DNA of 61,863 nucleotides, filler included, from Choristocarpus tenellus KU-1152 (GCA_964200185.2; 9 parts of 9 records of this genome joined end to end with filler, not necessarily neighbours in it), one strand, 5' to 3'; shown: positions 24,601-38,209, counted from the whole stretch's first letter. Made by a program: numbers and translations. The notes: generated from the letters alone by a model not told the origin.

Positions 24601-27600
24601 ATACATGCCTCCTGACATTCTCATTGCATATATGTACGGACTGTGGATACGTTGTTCATGATTTTGAATGTTCATGATTTTGAATGAATGATATCCGAAG
24701 GTGATTAGAAGGAGTGCTATTGATATCCATGAGCACATAAATCTTCACCTTGGACATTTTTGCTCCTTCCTGTATAACAACCGCCTTCCCCTCATCTTTC
24801 ACAAAATACTTTCCGAGAATTTTCTCGATATGTATGAACCTGATCTGAGATAACTTGATGTGCCTCTCCTCTTGAGTTCACTTTAGTGCCCCGTGGTGCC
24901 ACATAGCCAGCACTTGTTGTATGGTGTGTTACCAATTCTTACCAGAATTGACTGCTCTCACACACTCCATTTGTTGCTGTTCTTTGTGTATGGTGTGTGT
25001 TGTGCCTTGTTGTATGGTGTCTGAGTAGATCTTGCGTACGATGTTTCCTCAGTTTGCAGAACAAGGTCCAAGGGGGGGGTTTAAGCAGCAGGATGCGGAG
25101 GAGTTGTACAATGCCATTGTGAGCACCCTATCAAGGAGTCTCATAGAGGTGAGAGATTCATGCCAGCATTGAAGGGGCGAGGAGCTAGCTGTTCGTGTTG
25201 ACAAGGGTGTAAAGATGGGGGATTTTCTCACCATGTGGTGGCGTGATGGAAAGCACGAATAGTTGACTTTTAAACTTTTTGTGTGTAGTAAGTGGAAGGG
25301 GGGGGCGGAGAGCGGGAGGCGCAGTGTTGGTTCTTGCAGTTGTAGGATAGAGTATTAGATGTGCAGGGGCGTGTGTAGAGGTTAGGGTGGCGTGATTTTG
25401 TTCGATGTTTGGCGGGGAGGAATGTTGTTGCTAGGTGTCATGTATCTTGCCTTTGTTTTTTATTTTTGTTAAGTCTTTGTGTAGGTGTGTGTGTTTTTTT
25501 TTTAATCCTATTGACTGATTAGATCGGTGTTGTAATTGTTTTTGTTTATTTTTTGCATTGGCATATAGTCAAGATTTATCTGAATACTTTTATTTAGCAT
25601 TGATATTGTGAGGAGAAAGAAGTGATTTGGAATAGGAAATGTCTGTTTTTTTTTAAATGAATACGTGTGTTCTATTCCTCGGGGTGGTAACATTATACGT
25701 TTTTAAAAACAAAGCTGTGAATGCTTTTTATTGTTTATCTAGGCATGCATCTCTAGTTTATATATCTTTCTGACAAATAACTTCACCTATTTCCCCATTT
25801 GCACTTTTACAAATAATTCTTGAATCAATTGACCATATCTCCAAGTTGGAATTGTTTTTTTCTTTTGTTATTGTTTGTACCCTACTGCTCTAAAGCATCA
25901 GAAATTATTCTTAGAATAAATTATTCTTCTTTCTGACGCTTTTGTGTTTTTTAGTTAATTATTTTATTGTTTTTTTCCTCGATTACTGCCTTGAACCTCG
26001 TGGGTTTTGAATGCAAAATTGAAAATGAACATATGCTTTTGCAGCCGCCCTCGAGCACCCTGAAGGAGGGGGATGAGGTGTTGTACAAGGGGGCAGATGG
26101 GAAAGAGGAGCGGGGGAAGGTGGTGAAGGTGCATCATGATGTAGAGGAGGTTCACTACACTGTTCGACTGGGTACTGAAGGCAGGGAAAAGAACACAGAC
26201 ATTGCACACCTCAAGAAGGTAGCTAGAGTGAGAATGGGGGGTAGGGGGTCCATGGTAACTGTGTGTGAGAGTGGGAGGGATATATGTATATATGTATATA
26301 TGTATGAATATATGTATATATACATTTATGTGTTCGAGAGTAGAGAGTGGGGAAGGGTGTCAGTGTGTGGTGTTAATGTGTGGTGTTAGTGTGAGGTGTC
26401 AGTGTGAGGTGTCAGTGGGAGGTGTCAGTGTGAGTAGAATGGAGGTCCCATTATTACTTCTTTGGTGAATCTTGATGGATGTTTGCCCCTCTTGTGCTAT
26501 ATGTTCAGTCAAAGCTCTGAAGAGCATGTACCTTAAAATGGGCAGGGAGGGAAAGAGAATTTTGTGAGGATTATCTTTGGGTTTTGTTGCTGGGATGGCG
26601 TTGTGAGTTTTGGCTATGCTGCTGAGCCTACCTTGCATCATCTTTGTTCTCTCCTGTCTTGAGTGTGTTCTCCTTGACCCCTTCATTGTCTGCATTTGTT
26701 CTACTACATTGTACTCTTGCTACTCTTGGGGATCTCTTTGTGTGTGTGTGTGTTTATACCCTGTTACATACCTTGTTAGTTGCTGAATCAAGATTGATAC
26801 GTACTGTCAGCATCAACAGTGAGACTAACAAAAGCACAGTATAGAAATCTCATCAAGAGGTTCTGGGATGTAGGATTCGACTTGCATCCTCCACACTCCT
26901 TCCCTTTGCTCTTATTTACGACACAAACGAATCTTGGGTTCATTACGGTGGAGTTGCTCATAGGCGCACGCTTTGGAGAGCCTTGGGGGAGCGGGCAACT
27001 TGGTGGATGCTCTATTTGGGTTGGAGTTGGAAGAGGAGGTCAAGTGCGATGCAAGCGGAGAGTGTAGGACTTTGAAGGCCAAGGCACGAAAGCTAGTGTG
27101 TAACATCCAGGGAGGGGCTGGTTCTAATGCACAGGTGGGTTAGTTGTTTGTACTAACGGTTGTTGTACTGAACGTTGCGTTGCTCTTTTGTTCAAGTTTG
27201 TAATTGACACCTTAAGATTGACCGCCAGGTGGGTGCACTCGAACGCATATGTGTTGGTATGTTGTTGATGATTCAGAGCAGGTTGCATTGTGTGATTCGG
27301 TAGTGTGGAGGTAATTGGTAGAATCTCAATGATTTGTTGAAATTCATTTTTTTTTTGATGAGCTTTGTTCATGATGTGTGTGCAGTGCACCTTTGCCTTG
27401 AAGGCATGGTTATGGATTTTTTTTTCTGGAAATGTCATGAATAATGTTGAATAGTGTTGGAAAGGGGCTGGTCTGTGGGTTGAACCTTAGATTTTGTTGA
27501 TGGTCCTGGGCCAGACCTTTTCAAACTATTGGAAGGGTCAACAGGTGGACCAGAATGCCTGTCTACGGCCCTGATTTCGCCCCTTTGGTGTACTGCAATA

Positions 27601-29130
27601 CTGTTCTGAGATGGGGTATACACTGATCTGTACTGTGTCAGGTGTCTTCCCTCAGGGGCATCTGATGTGGAGTAAACCGATATGTCGCTAGAAGAATGAG
27701 ATGTTAGTTTTTCCTCTTGAGTACGTATATTCATGAATTTATGAGGTATGAAGTATGAGGTATGAACGCCTGCCAACTGTATGTGTACGGCAACATCTCA
27801 CACGCAACACTTTGAACAGTTGCCAAGGCGTGAGAAGCAAGCCTATCTGTCTCAGTTAGTTGTTGCGTTTGCTGATTCCACATGTCAAGGATGGTGGTTG
27901 TGTGCTGACTGATCATGCGCTTTAGACTTGGATGTGCTTTTGCATAGGCAATACCTGATTTGACAATACACGTGTGTTCGAGGAGTGATGTAGTATATTC
28001 AAAGGATTTGTTAGCACGTCTTAGCAAGAAGGCATCTCTCCTCATCTGTATGACTATAATTCAAAGTATTGATTAGTGCTAATATATACAAAGGTGTTAT
28101 TGCCTTTGGAGGTTGTTTACGGTCTCCATTATGCCCTTAGCTTCCTCCGTGCCGCACAAGACAAGCCGTTCACCTGCTGGCAAGAGCTGAAAGTGATTCT
28201 CACATGTGAACAATATGAGCAAGGACAGTGTTTGCAATGGTTCACTGCCCATGAAAGAACAGATGGCTTGGGACCTGTGATTGATAATTTGGCCAAGTGT
28301 CTTTTTGGTATAACCTCTCTTTCCTGTACAGGCATAGGTAGTGATGTAATGCTGAGAAGTGCTGTAGTCTGAGCAGTACCGGTATGGAGCTCACGATAGA
28401 GGGGAATTTTGGGTAGGGAAGTACATACAGCGAACATACTGGTGGTGTGATGATTTGGAGGAAGAATCGGAGATTCCTGCCAACCAGATATTGAGGAGGA
28501 TAAGCAGATTGGTATGATGTTGTATGCTGTATGTTATACTGTCAATATACACATGTACCACTGATGTTACTATGTTTTTTTTTCTTCCATGGTCATACTG
28601 TTCCGCTAACCATATTTTTTTTGCTTATCTATCTACTTCCCTGATCTTGTGTGAGTGGAGATCTTTGGTTTTCACATGCTTAGCCTTGCAGAGTAAGGAC
28701 TGTGATATAATTATTGGCATTTGCCCTCAATTTTTTTCCAAGAGTAGATTTGTGTTTGTGTATTCCCATGGATTTGTGTTTGTGTATTTCCATAGATTTG
28801 AACTGTACCTTTTTCTTCTTCCCCTGCTGGACACACAAGATGGTGTTTGATTGAAATCATGAACCTCTCCGCCATTGGCATTCACTCAATTGTCGCTTTG
28901 ACCTTCTCTATTTTACACAGATCAATCACCTCTCTGAGGGGGTAAGCATGGGCCTCAAGGGAGAAGTGACAAAGAAATCGGAGGTCCTAGGTACAGATGC
29001 AGTTTTCTCGTTGACATCCAGGGTAAGCCGGCTGCCACGGTACCTTTGTGTCCAGGTGATGCGCTTCTTCTGGAAGGCCACTCCTGATAGCCAGGATCAT
29101 GCTGGTGTTAAGTGCAAGATCATGCGGCCG
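21670..29130 (+). CDS. USP14: Ubiquitin carboxyl-terminal hydrolase USP14/UBP6 (proteasome-associated DUB); partial, 6 exons
   Basis: Exons 21670-21762 (LPAGFVNLGNTCYMNSTLQC, Cys box), 22862-23017 (VPELREAL), 25029-25148 (FPQFAEQ...QQDAEE), 26045-26218 (insertion), 26964-27134 (LFGLELEEEVKC...KLVCNI) and 28921-29130 (SRLPRYLCVQVMRFFWK...KCKIMRP). All introns are GT-AG, phase 0. The UBL and His-box exons lie outside the contig. Confidence 0.92.
22166..22215 (-). pseudogene. 5'-truncated tRNA-Val(TAC) fragment in a USP14 intron
   Basis: Reverse complement ACGTGTGCCTTACACGCACAAGGTCCCGGGTTCGAGCCCTGGCTAGAGTA contains an anticodon arm (TAC), T arm with B box and 3' acceptor strand, followed by T5. 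No D arm or 5' acceptor strand adjacent. Confidence 0.75.
24112..24370. repeat. Dispersed repeat family C with a ~70-bp internal unit; other copies at 39725-40285 (inverted) and 55605-55730
   Basis: GCCATGTTGAACTGGTTGATGGCCATG... aligns by eye with the reverse complement of 39770-39910 and 40175-40285. Confidence 0.7.
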
Positions 29131-29496
29131 GTAGGTGTTGTGTTATTGTTGGTGTTGGCGTGTTTTTTTGTCTTTTTTGTCTTTTTTTTGTATACTCTGT
29201 ACGTGGAATATTCTTATATTTTTGTTTGACAACATTTGTTTCTGAAAGCTTCCCTTATTTTTTATTGAGATGGGGGTGGGGGGTGGGGGGGGGGGGTAGA
29301 GAGGGGAGAGAGACTGGGTATGTTTGAGTGTTTTTTTTTTTAATTCTTANNNNNNNNNNNNNNNNNNNNNNNNNNNNNNNNNNNNNNNNNNNNTTAATTA
29401 ATTAANNNNNNNNNNNNNNNNNNNNNNNNNNNNNNNNNNNNNNNNNNNNGTGGGGTTGAGGGGAATGGAAACTTGTGTGGATTGAAATTAAAGGAT

Positions 29497-29658
29497 GGCT
29501 GGCAATCAGTGACGAAGGGCATTCACACTGGTTGGTCATAGAATGGGACGGCTGGCAATCAGTGACAAAGGGCATTGGCACTGGTTGGTGATCAAATGTG
29601 GGGATGACTGGCAATCAGTGGCGAAGGGCATTGACACCGGTTGGTCATCAAATGGGGA
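29497..29658. repeat. ~55-bp minisatellite, 3 copies
   Basis: CTGGCAATCAGTGRCRAAGGGCATT..CAC.GGTTGGT repeated head to tail. Confidence 0.9.
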
Positions 29659-30336
29659 ATAGAGGATAGAGGAATAGGAAAATATGATTGAGCAAATAAT
29701 AATAATAATCCAGAATTCGTGAGCAAAACAAACTAATGAAAATTATCATATGAAAGGAACTGATCCACGATGTCTTATCACAATCGGGGGCAATAATGAC
29801 CAAATAATAAATAAATAGTCAAGTAGTACAAATATATCAAATCTAGAACTTCAATGTCTTAATGGTGTTTATGAAACCGCCATCAAGATATATCGCCTGT
29901 AACACAGATTGAGGTAGCCATCAAACTAGAGTGAAGACAATAATCATATAGAGGAAAAGAATAGGGCACTACTTTGGGCGAGTTGCCTGACCAATCCAGG
30001 AAATATCAATAGTTTCTGCTGGATAAGAATTGACTGTGTTGGCAAGGGAGTATGACCCTAATCAATCATTGACGGGATAGTACATATCTGAGTTGATGAC
30101 AACGGTTTCATCCACGTAACACAGTAGAAGTATTCAAAACTTCTTGGTATATCACAATTCTTCAATACTCAAACTTAATATATATATACAATTAGTACCC
30201 TATGATAGCATCGAAGACCAGAATACACATACAGGCATGAAGTACTCACTCTTCACATATGGTCCAATACATTTTGTATTATCTCGACATTGATATTGGA
30301 ATGACCCAACGACCACACTTCAGTACTCATCCTAAC

Positions 30337-32337
30337 CTTGTTCCACACCCCCACCCCTCCTCCTCTCTTTGCCCTTTTCGTCTGCTTAGTTGGAGGTAGG
30401 CTTTTAAGCAGGTCCTTGATAGCCTCAATAAACTCGGAGTAGATGTCCACAGCATGGGTCTCTAGGAGCTCACTGAAGATGTATGCCAAGAAAGGTGAAA
30501 TGACAAACAGGGAAAAACTCGTACCCTCTAAGATACTTTCACTCATAAAATATATCAAGAGTCAACTATTGAGGGGATTCATCGGACTATCCACAAAAAG
30601 AAAAGAAATAACAATGACAACAAGTCAGCCACAATTGAAACCAAAGCAGTATACAGATTCTACACACAGCAAGTTCACAAGGTAAGGTCATTTGCAAGTC
30701 TTCCAATGGGAAAAATACTTTTACTATTATGACTTAAACATGAAAATTATAGCCCCTCGTGCCCTCCCCACAATAAAACTGAACACAATGTCCAAACAAC
30801 AAAAATTATTGTCATCCCTCCCCTCTCCCCCTCCCCATCAAACCATTCCGTTAAAATATCCAAGTGTTCATCCCCTCTATGGGACTACATCATGTTGATG
30901 TGTTGTAGTTGTAGCTCACTCCATCCCTTTCCTTCCAAACACACACACATTCTACAAGTCTGTTGTTATTATTAGTAATATTGTTGTTGGTTCATTTCTG
31001 CAATAGAGTTAGGGTATGAAAACTAGGGTCATCGGCATTTGGGTCCTTTAGAGTTAGGTTTGGGGATAACTGTCTAAAGGAAGAGTGAAAGGCAAGCAGA
31101 TATCTTGCTAGGAATTGCTTTGTCGGTCCCAAGTATCTACATGTGGAATACTGTGTCAATTTCGCTGCAATTGGCATGGTTGGTATCACACACACTAGAA
31201 GATGTATATATATATCTGTGAATTTGAGTATATATACTGATTAGGTGATCAGGTACTCCAAACTTCACACTAAGTAAGTGGTGTTGTACCAGTGCCAATC
31301 ACAACTACCTGAATAGTTCAATTTGTTGACTCGATAACAAAATAACATACCCTTACTGATGACAGCCGTTGTACCCTTTGATCATATCACAGGACCTTTC
31401 GACAGTCTGGAAAACGACCTACCACAAAAACCCACTCCAACGTGTATCACCTGTTCGGAATCTCTCCAATTATAATGCTTGACTACCTTTGTCAAAACTA
31501 GGCACTTTATCAAAACTAGGTACAGGCCTGCATCCGCACAAGATTAGGGCAAACTGATTTTGCCAGGTAGGGCATTCATAATAAATGCATCTGTATCCTT
31601 TGAGTACGACCATCATTTCCAAAAACACATAGCCCTTCCACTACGATTCCATCAAACAGAGACTCAAGCCCTAAACCCTACGTCTCCTCAAAGTTGTTCA
31701 ATCGTAAATCACTCACTGACTGGAAACATAACCATAATGAACCCTTTCCCTAACCCCCTCAACAAAAAAAGTAAAATAGTACAGTCGGAGTAAAATATCA
31801 AGCAAGTCCCTCCCCCCTTTGCCAAAAAAGAAGTACCTTCCCCAAGAACCGCAATTAGCATGAAATCTGCCATAGAAGTATGCCCAACCGAATATTTGTA
31901 ACCCCCAACAAAGTACATACTCCAGAGTATGTGCAATTAGTTATTAATAGCCCTCTCGCAATTCCCAAACAACCACTCAAATTCAACATAACCATTATGC
32001 TTGCTACAAAAAATAATGGCAACCAACAACGTACCTGTATGTCCCTCAACAGTTACAACCAACAACCATTCCCAACAAAATAGTATTATCATAATAGTAT
32101 CGTAACAAAGACAGCTGTCAGTTACTAGATACTAGTTATTTGCAAGTGAGAACATACTCAGGCAAGGTGACAAGGACTGATGCACACACTTTCTTTATTG
32201 TGATGCATGATATATGATGTGGGCAGGTCTGTACTCACCTCAGAAAGATGTACACCTTGCAAACCTCTGACCCAGCTGTCCACCACCCCAAGGTCTCACA
32301 CATGTGGAGCATTGAAAGATATGAGAAGGTTGACACC
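30337..32337 (-). CDS. Two candidate exons of an unidentified gene
   Basis: 32337-32239 (donor GTGAGT) and 30472-30337 join in phase 2: ...CKVYIFLS-ELLETHAVDIYSEFIEAIKDLLKSLPP. No family recognised. Confidence 0.35.
30502..30544 (+). mobile_element. MITE family A, isolated right-end fragment
   Basis: GACAAACAGGGAAAAACTCGTACCCTCTAAGATACTTTCACTC. Confidence 0.8.
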
Positions 32338-33038
32338 CTGATACACATTTCATACACACATGTATGTTGGGACCAAAGACAAGCCAGTGCAAGAGGGCAA
32401 GAAATTGGCAGACATAGGGAAAACAAGAAAGGAGGGGGTGGGGAGGGGGAGGGAGGGGGAGGGTTTACGAAGAAGAGATGGTCTCTCTATGTCGACAGTA
32501 AAATGCCCGCTGCAGTTAGTCTCCACTCTATAATATCAATAGTGACAAAATAAGCTACTTTGGTAAGATCGAGGGGCAGGGTGAGTGCATGGATGAGTCC
32601 CTTAAGGGCTCAATGAAAAGATAACGCAATAGTCTATAAGAAAATGAAAATATTATGGTCTTCATTGCTTGTTTCACTAGTATCACCGATGACCTCTCAC
32701 CTCCTTCACTCTCGGCATACCAGTAATATTAATATATACATAACAAGAATCCTTGCGCAATGTAAATCATCCCAATACAATTTCCCCTCTTCAAACCAGA
32801 TCCCCCCTGCTCAAAATTGAGAAGCTGCACAACCCATCATCCTCTATATGCGAGGTTTTGTTCTTATCATTCTTGAAATGGAGCTCTAGTGTGATCAAAC
32901 ACTCCACTCATGCTCAGCTGGAAAATAAACACAAGTCCAACACAAGATGACACCTAAAGTAAAGTCTATTCTACGACAACATACCAACAAAACTCTCATC
33001 TGTGCTGGTTACACATGCTAGACAAAATAGCACCACAA

Positions 33039-33083
<45 letters not shown>

Positions 33084-34463
33084 CATATACACGCCTCCAT
33101 ACTGTCTGGCACACCTGCACTATGAACACCCACAGTAAATCGGAAAGTTTATTTTACATCAAGGTTCTTGCAATTCTATTTTCATGAGTACTTGGACCCT
33201 TGGCCAAGTGTCTACTACAACAATAATTATCTTCCCTCCCCCCTCCACTGTCAAGCATTGGAAAGATAGAGACTGAACTGAGCTATCGGTATTGTACTTT
33301 TTTTAAATTAGATTTAAACAGAAAGAAGGAGGGGGAACTATTGAGGGATATAAATAGAACAGAGACTTAAGGTGGACTGACTGAAGATATTTGAGGTCTC
33401 AATGACAGAGAACAAAAGTCATTTGCCAACAGACTGATTGGCTACAAGATAAGATAGGAAAAGATTAACCTCATGGATAAGGTGTTGTATTAAAGGTGAG
33501 GGTCAAAGTATCTGGGGGGGGGGGGCTGTTTGTGAGGGGGCATCCGTTTCGGTCAAACAGCTCTTTTTTTTGCTNNNNNNNNNNNNNNNNNNNNNNNNNN
33601 NNNNNNNNNNNNNNNNNNTTAATTAATTAANNNNNNNNNNNNNNNNNNNNNNNNNNNNNNNNNNNNNNNNNNNNACCACAAATGGACAACCTCCATCCCC
33701 CCCCCAGATACTTTGAGCCTGTAGTAGGGGGTTTGTCCTAATCTCTGAAGTACGAATGGATTGTGAATACGAGATATCAATGAGGACAAGAAGAACAAGA
33801 ACAAGATGCATACATCATCATCACTCACAAGGAGGTAGGCAATATAAACAGTAATAATTATTATAAACACCCTGAATCATAGAGCAAGAAATTATAATCA
33901 AGCGGAACAGAAACGATAGTAGTAGGAGTGGTGAGAGCGAACCTATCCTGTGTGCCAATAAGTACAGGAGAAGTATAACATGGGTGGTACTTGTCCACAA
34001 CAAATAAGGCATGGAGTGCTAAAGAGCACACGAAGAATAAAGGTAGGAAATGAGTATATACGAGTGCAGGATATCACCACAAGGACCTCATTCGTACAAC
34101 ATTTGTACACAGCTCACTGCCTATGTTATTTCAGTAGAAGTAGTAGCAGTAATGCTAGGAGTAGTGGATCAAGAGGTAGTAGGTAATACAGAGGCCATTT
34201 GAGGTTGCGAGCATGCTTCTCCTTCTTCACTTCCCATACGTTGTTGAGGAGTTCCAAAATACCTGGCGATACTAACGTTTGCGGAGTTTGTCACAAGTTG
34301 CAACAACCCCTTCGCTCCACTCCCAGTTCGTGTCAAGGTCATCTCCCCGTTGTAGTTTTGGTGCCTTCTTCTTCTACCCATCTTGGCATTTTTTCCCCTT
34401 CCTTCACTGTCTTCTTCTGGAGTGTGATTGTTACATAGTCTGAAGTGAAGGGCCCATTGACAT

Positions 34464-34720
34464 GAGCCAAAGTATCTTAGAGGGTGGAGCCGCGTCCATT
34501 TGGGGGGTAAATCCAATGTTGCGATTTTGAGGTAATTTTGGTTATTGTGTTTGTTAGGAAGTGTCAATATCCTTGTTCCAGACACACCTTTTCATAACGT
34601 AAACATTTTACCTACTCTGAAACATTTCGGAGTAGGAAATATCATTAAAAAGCTCATAGGAAGCCAAGCCCCAAATGGACAAATAGGGCAAAACTCGTAC
34701 CCTCTAAGATACTTTCACTC
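34464..34720 (+). mobile_element. MITE family A, full copy, TSD CAT
   Basis: GAGCCAAAGTATCTTAGAGGGT...TACCCTCTAAGATACTTTCACTC, with CAT on both flanks. Confidence 0.92.
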
Positions 34721-35791
34721 CATATTGTCAGGGTGTACACTGCATGGGGTATTAAGATCGGTACTTGTGGTGGTGGTGGTAGTAGTAGTGGTAGGAGCAA
34801 TAGTGTTCATAGACGAAGGCAAAGCAACGTAAAAAGTACTACCTGATAACTTGTAACAAAATAAATATATAGGATTGGATACATCGAAATAAATGTAGAT
34901 AGATACATGTAGTAAGTGTCATGTTCAGAGGACGAGAACGATGGCATGTCTTTATGCAGAGTCAATGATAAAACTATCTAACACGCAATATGCTGTATGT
35001 ATGTGTGTATATCGTAGTAATATTGGGATATTGGGAGGGAGGAGTATATATGTGAGGAACTAGCAGAACTACTTGTATTAATCGTGGCAGTAGTGATAGC
35101 GGTAGAGTTAGGTCAAGCGCAGGTAAAGCACGTACAAGAAAGGAGCCTCCAAACTGATTGAAATTGTACTTACTGTTTGTTCTGTAGGAAGTCTTCAATT
35201 TTTAGCGATTTTTCAGTATTTGTTGTTGAAATATTCCACACTGGACGCGCGGCTTCGTGCCTTGATGAAGGACAATGAATAGCTTGATGTAGATAATGCA
35301 ATGTTAACATTACAAGAGGCTTATGGTCTCGATTCCACTGACCGAATTGGTGGGGTTGAGACAAGTGCAGACTACCATGTGGGATTTGCAACATCCACAT
35401 GCATTATCAGAAAAGAATACTATCTACATATCATATGTACCATATATGATATCAGCTGATTATCTCATATCAGGTCCCCACCATACATGAACTACCATAC
35501 ATGAACGTTGTGTAGAGCTCAACTGAAATATACGGAAACATATATCTGGCTCTACCTTTCCTCCACAACTCCACCAGTGGTGTCTACATTTCCTAATCTA
35601 CTCCACCGATGGTGTATATAGTGTATCAGCAGCACTATCTACGAACTTTTGTGTCAGTCTGCTGTCGGTTGTGAAACTCTGCTGTACAAGGTTCGAGGGT
35701 GGAGGGAGTATGATGTAGTAGATGACGTCGGGAATAGGTTTTGTAAATGGCAAATTGGTATGACAGTGTACGAAGGCATCGTTTGTATGGT

Positions 35792-36051
35792 AAGTGAAAG
35801 TATCTTGGAGGGTACGAGTTTTGCCCTGTTTATCCGTTTGGGGCTTGACTTCCCACGACTTTTTTTATGACATTTTCCTACTCTGAAATGTTTCGGAGTC
35901 GGAAAAATGTACAACACTATGAAAAGGTGTATCCAGAGCAAGGATATTGACACTTCCTAACAAATACGATAGTCCAAATTACATCAAAATCGCAACATTG
36001 GATTTTGGCCCCCAAATGGACGCGACTTTACCCTCTAAGATACTTTGACTG
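35792..36051 (-). mobile_element. MITE family A, full copy in reverse orientation
   Basis: Both TIRs and the central hairpin are present; TSD not clean. Confidence 0.9.
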
Positions 36052-36068
36052 TGATGACCATAAAATTT

Positions 36069-38027
36069 CCTACATGTATGATGCATTCGATTCAGGTTTC
36101 AACAGATTGTGAGCCTCAACACTTGATCGAAACATACACATTTGCTCGACCTTTTCTTGTACTTTCACCAAATGCACACTAGACAAACCCACTGTACCGC
36201 CATGGAACGCAAGCCAACACCACCTAGTTCCCCTGGCGATGACTCCCCCTGAACCGCGTTCGAACTCTGCTTCGTGAGCATCTGGAGCTGTGTGGACCCT
36301 TTGGGCCCAGCGAGTTTTGATCCAGCGCGCTTCTCGTCTTTTCACTACTGCTACTCCACCTACCATCCCATACGAAGAAGTTGGCGACCAGCTCTTACAA
36401 GTCTCGTTGCTACCTGCCACGGACCTGCGCAAGACCTTCACAGACTCCAGCAGGGGGCAATAATCCCGACCAGTGTCTCATGCGCGTCCGCAAGACCAAA
36501 AGCTGAGCCGGGGACCCCTCAGGCTTACTCCTACTGATCGAGCTCTCCACTGCAGCTACTGTCACCAACCTGGACACCACCTGCACCACTTTCCAAACTG
36601 TCCACCTGTCCCCACCTCGCCACCACCCAATGCACCCACCCCAACACCAATTACGACCAAGCACACACTCACAGTACAAGACACACCCAAAACCGACCTC
36701 ACCACAACCAAACCATCCTGGCTGCACAGCTCCTCCCCTGGCTAATCCCCCCTGCCAAACACACCACCCACCACCCCTTGTCACACCCTTTTTACCCCTG
36801 CCCATCCCATCAGTGCTCCCGGCATTGGGAACCTCCATCCCCCTACAAATTGGCAAGCCACCCTCACTGGACTGTTGCAGCAACACTCATCATCGCGAGT
36901 CTCACTGACCTTCATTGTCCTGCATGTACCTTGTTCGAGCCGTCCTTTGTGTACTCCACCAGTGCACTGGCGACTACTAGCTGAGCTAAAGTGACTACCC
37001 ACTCCCACATCTACTGAATTACAATGGCCAGACACGGATTTCGGAGCTTAGACGCCTTGTACTCCTTGGACTTCTCCCCGTGTCCCCCCCCCACAACCCG
37101 CCACCTTCTCACCCACAACACTCCCACACCTGCCCTTCTGTCTTTACCTACGCACTCCACCGACCAACTGACATCCTAAGCCCACCTGCTCTCCCAGTAC
37201 CACCTACTCCAACCCCTACCCCACTCACCTCTCCCATTGGCCCTACTCCCCCACCAATCACACCTATCCTACATCATCCACCAAACTGTCAAGACCACCC
37301 CCATCCCCACACCCTCCACATTCTCTGCTCAAGATCCCCCCCCCATCTACACACCACAACTCCGACCCAAGTCACACACCAAACACACCACTGAACCTGG
37401 TCAAGACCCATACCACGGAATCTCAAGGAACACCTTAATAACAACCACATCTCCTGCTCAAGATTTCGACCACCTACCACAAATCCTGTTCAAGATCACC
37501 ACAACCAACGACAAATCCTGCTCAAGATTCCCACTACCCACCACAATCCCCATCCAAGACAATCACACACCACATATCTTGCTCAAGGCTCCCACTACCC
37601 ACCACAATCCCCGTCGAAGACCACCACCCACCACACATCCTGCTCAAGACTCCCACCACCCACCACATATCTTGCTCAAGATCCCTACACACACACCACT
37701 GAACCTGCCCAAGACCAACCACAACACATCACAGCAACAGCTCAAGACCCACCCCCACCTATCACAGAACCTGCCCAAGACCCACCACAATACATCACAG
37801 AAACAGCTCAAAACCCACCACTGCCACATCTCAGAAACTGCTCAAGAACCACCACAACACATCGCAGAACCTGCTCAAGACCCACCCCCACCTATCACAG
37901 AACCTGCTCAAGACCCCCCACTACCACATCAGAGAACCAGCTCAAGACCCACTCCCACCTATCACTCCTCATAGCTAGTATACGCATTTTGCCTACATGT
38001 ACGATGCATTCGATTCAGTTTTCAACA
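36069..38027 (+). mobile_element. Internally deleted LTR retrotransposon (Ty1/copia-like) remnant
   Basis: 36-bp direct repeats (34/36 identical) at 36069-36104 and 37992-38027, both ending TTTCAACA like LTR 3' ends. The first is followed by a PBS-like GATTGTGAGCC and a broken gag-like frame with a zinc knuckle (CSYCHQPGHH, ~36551-36580). No pol. Confidence 0.55.
37270..37970 (+). repeat. Degenerate ~30-33-bp C/A-rich minisatellite (CCTGCTCAAGACCC core; reads as PAQDPPPPITE)
   Basis: The GCTCAAGA core and its variants recur about 20 times. Confidence 0.85.
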
Positions 38028-38209
38028 ACTTTTACACAAGGATTGAACGTTTATTCTTGACATGCAGAATACACAATTACAACTGTTGTAATCATCACGG
38101 TTGGCATTGAGGATATGCCCACCATCCTATTTTGGTTATTGGTGTTTTTGTCTCAAAGAAGGATAAATTTCAATACCAAAGTATTCCAAGATCAGCAGCA
38201 TTAGTAGCG

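Noticed and set aside
27400-28500. Possible retroelement remnant in the last USP14 intron
   Set aside because: Only vague fragments (HPSLKRM); no ordered diagnostic motifs.
29497-29658. CRISPR-like triple repeat
   Set aside because: Head-to-tail units with no unique spacers.
37270-37970. CRISPR-like periodic repeat
   Set aside because: The intervening sequences are similar to one another, the core is short and degenerate, no cas genes are present, and the context is eukaryotic: a minisatellite.
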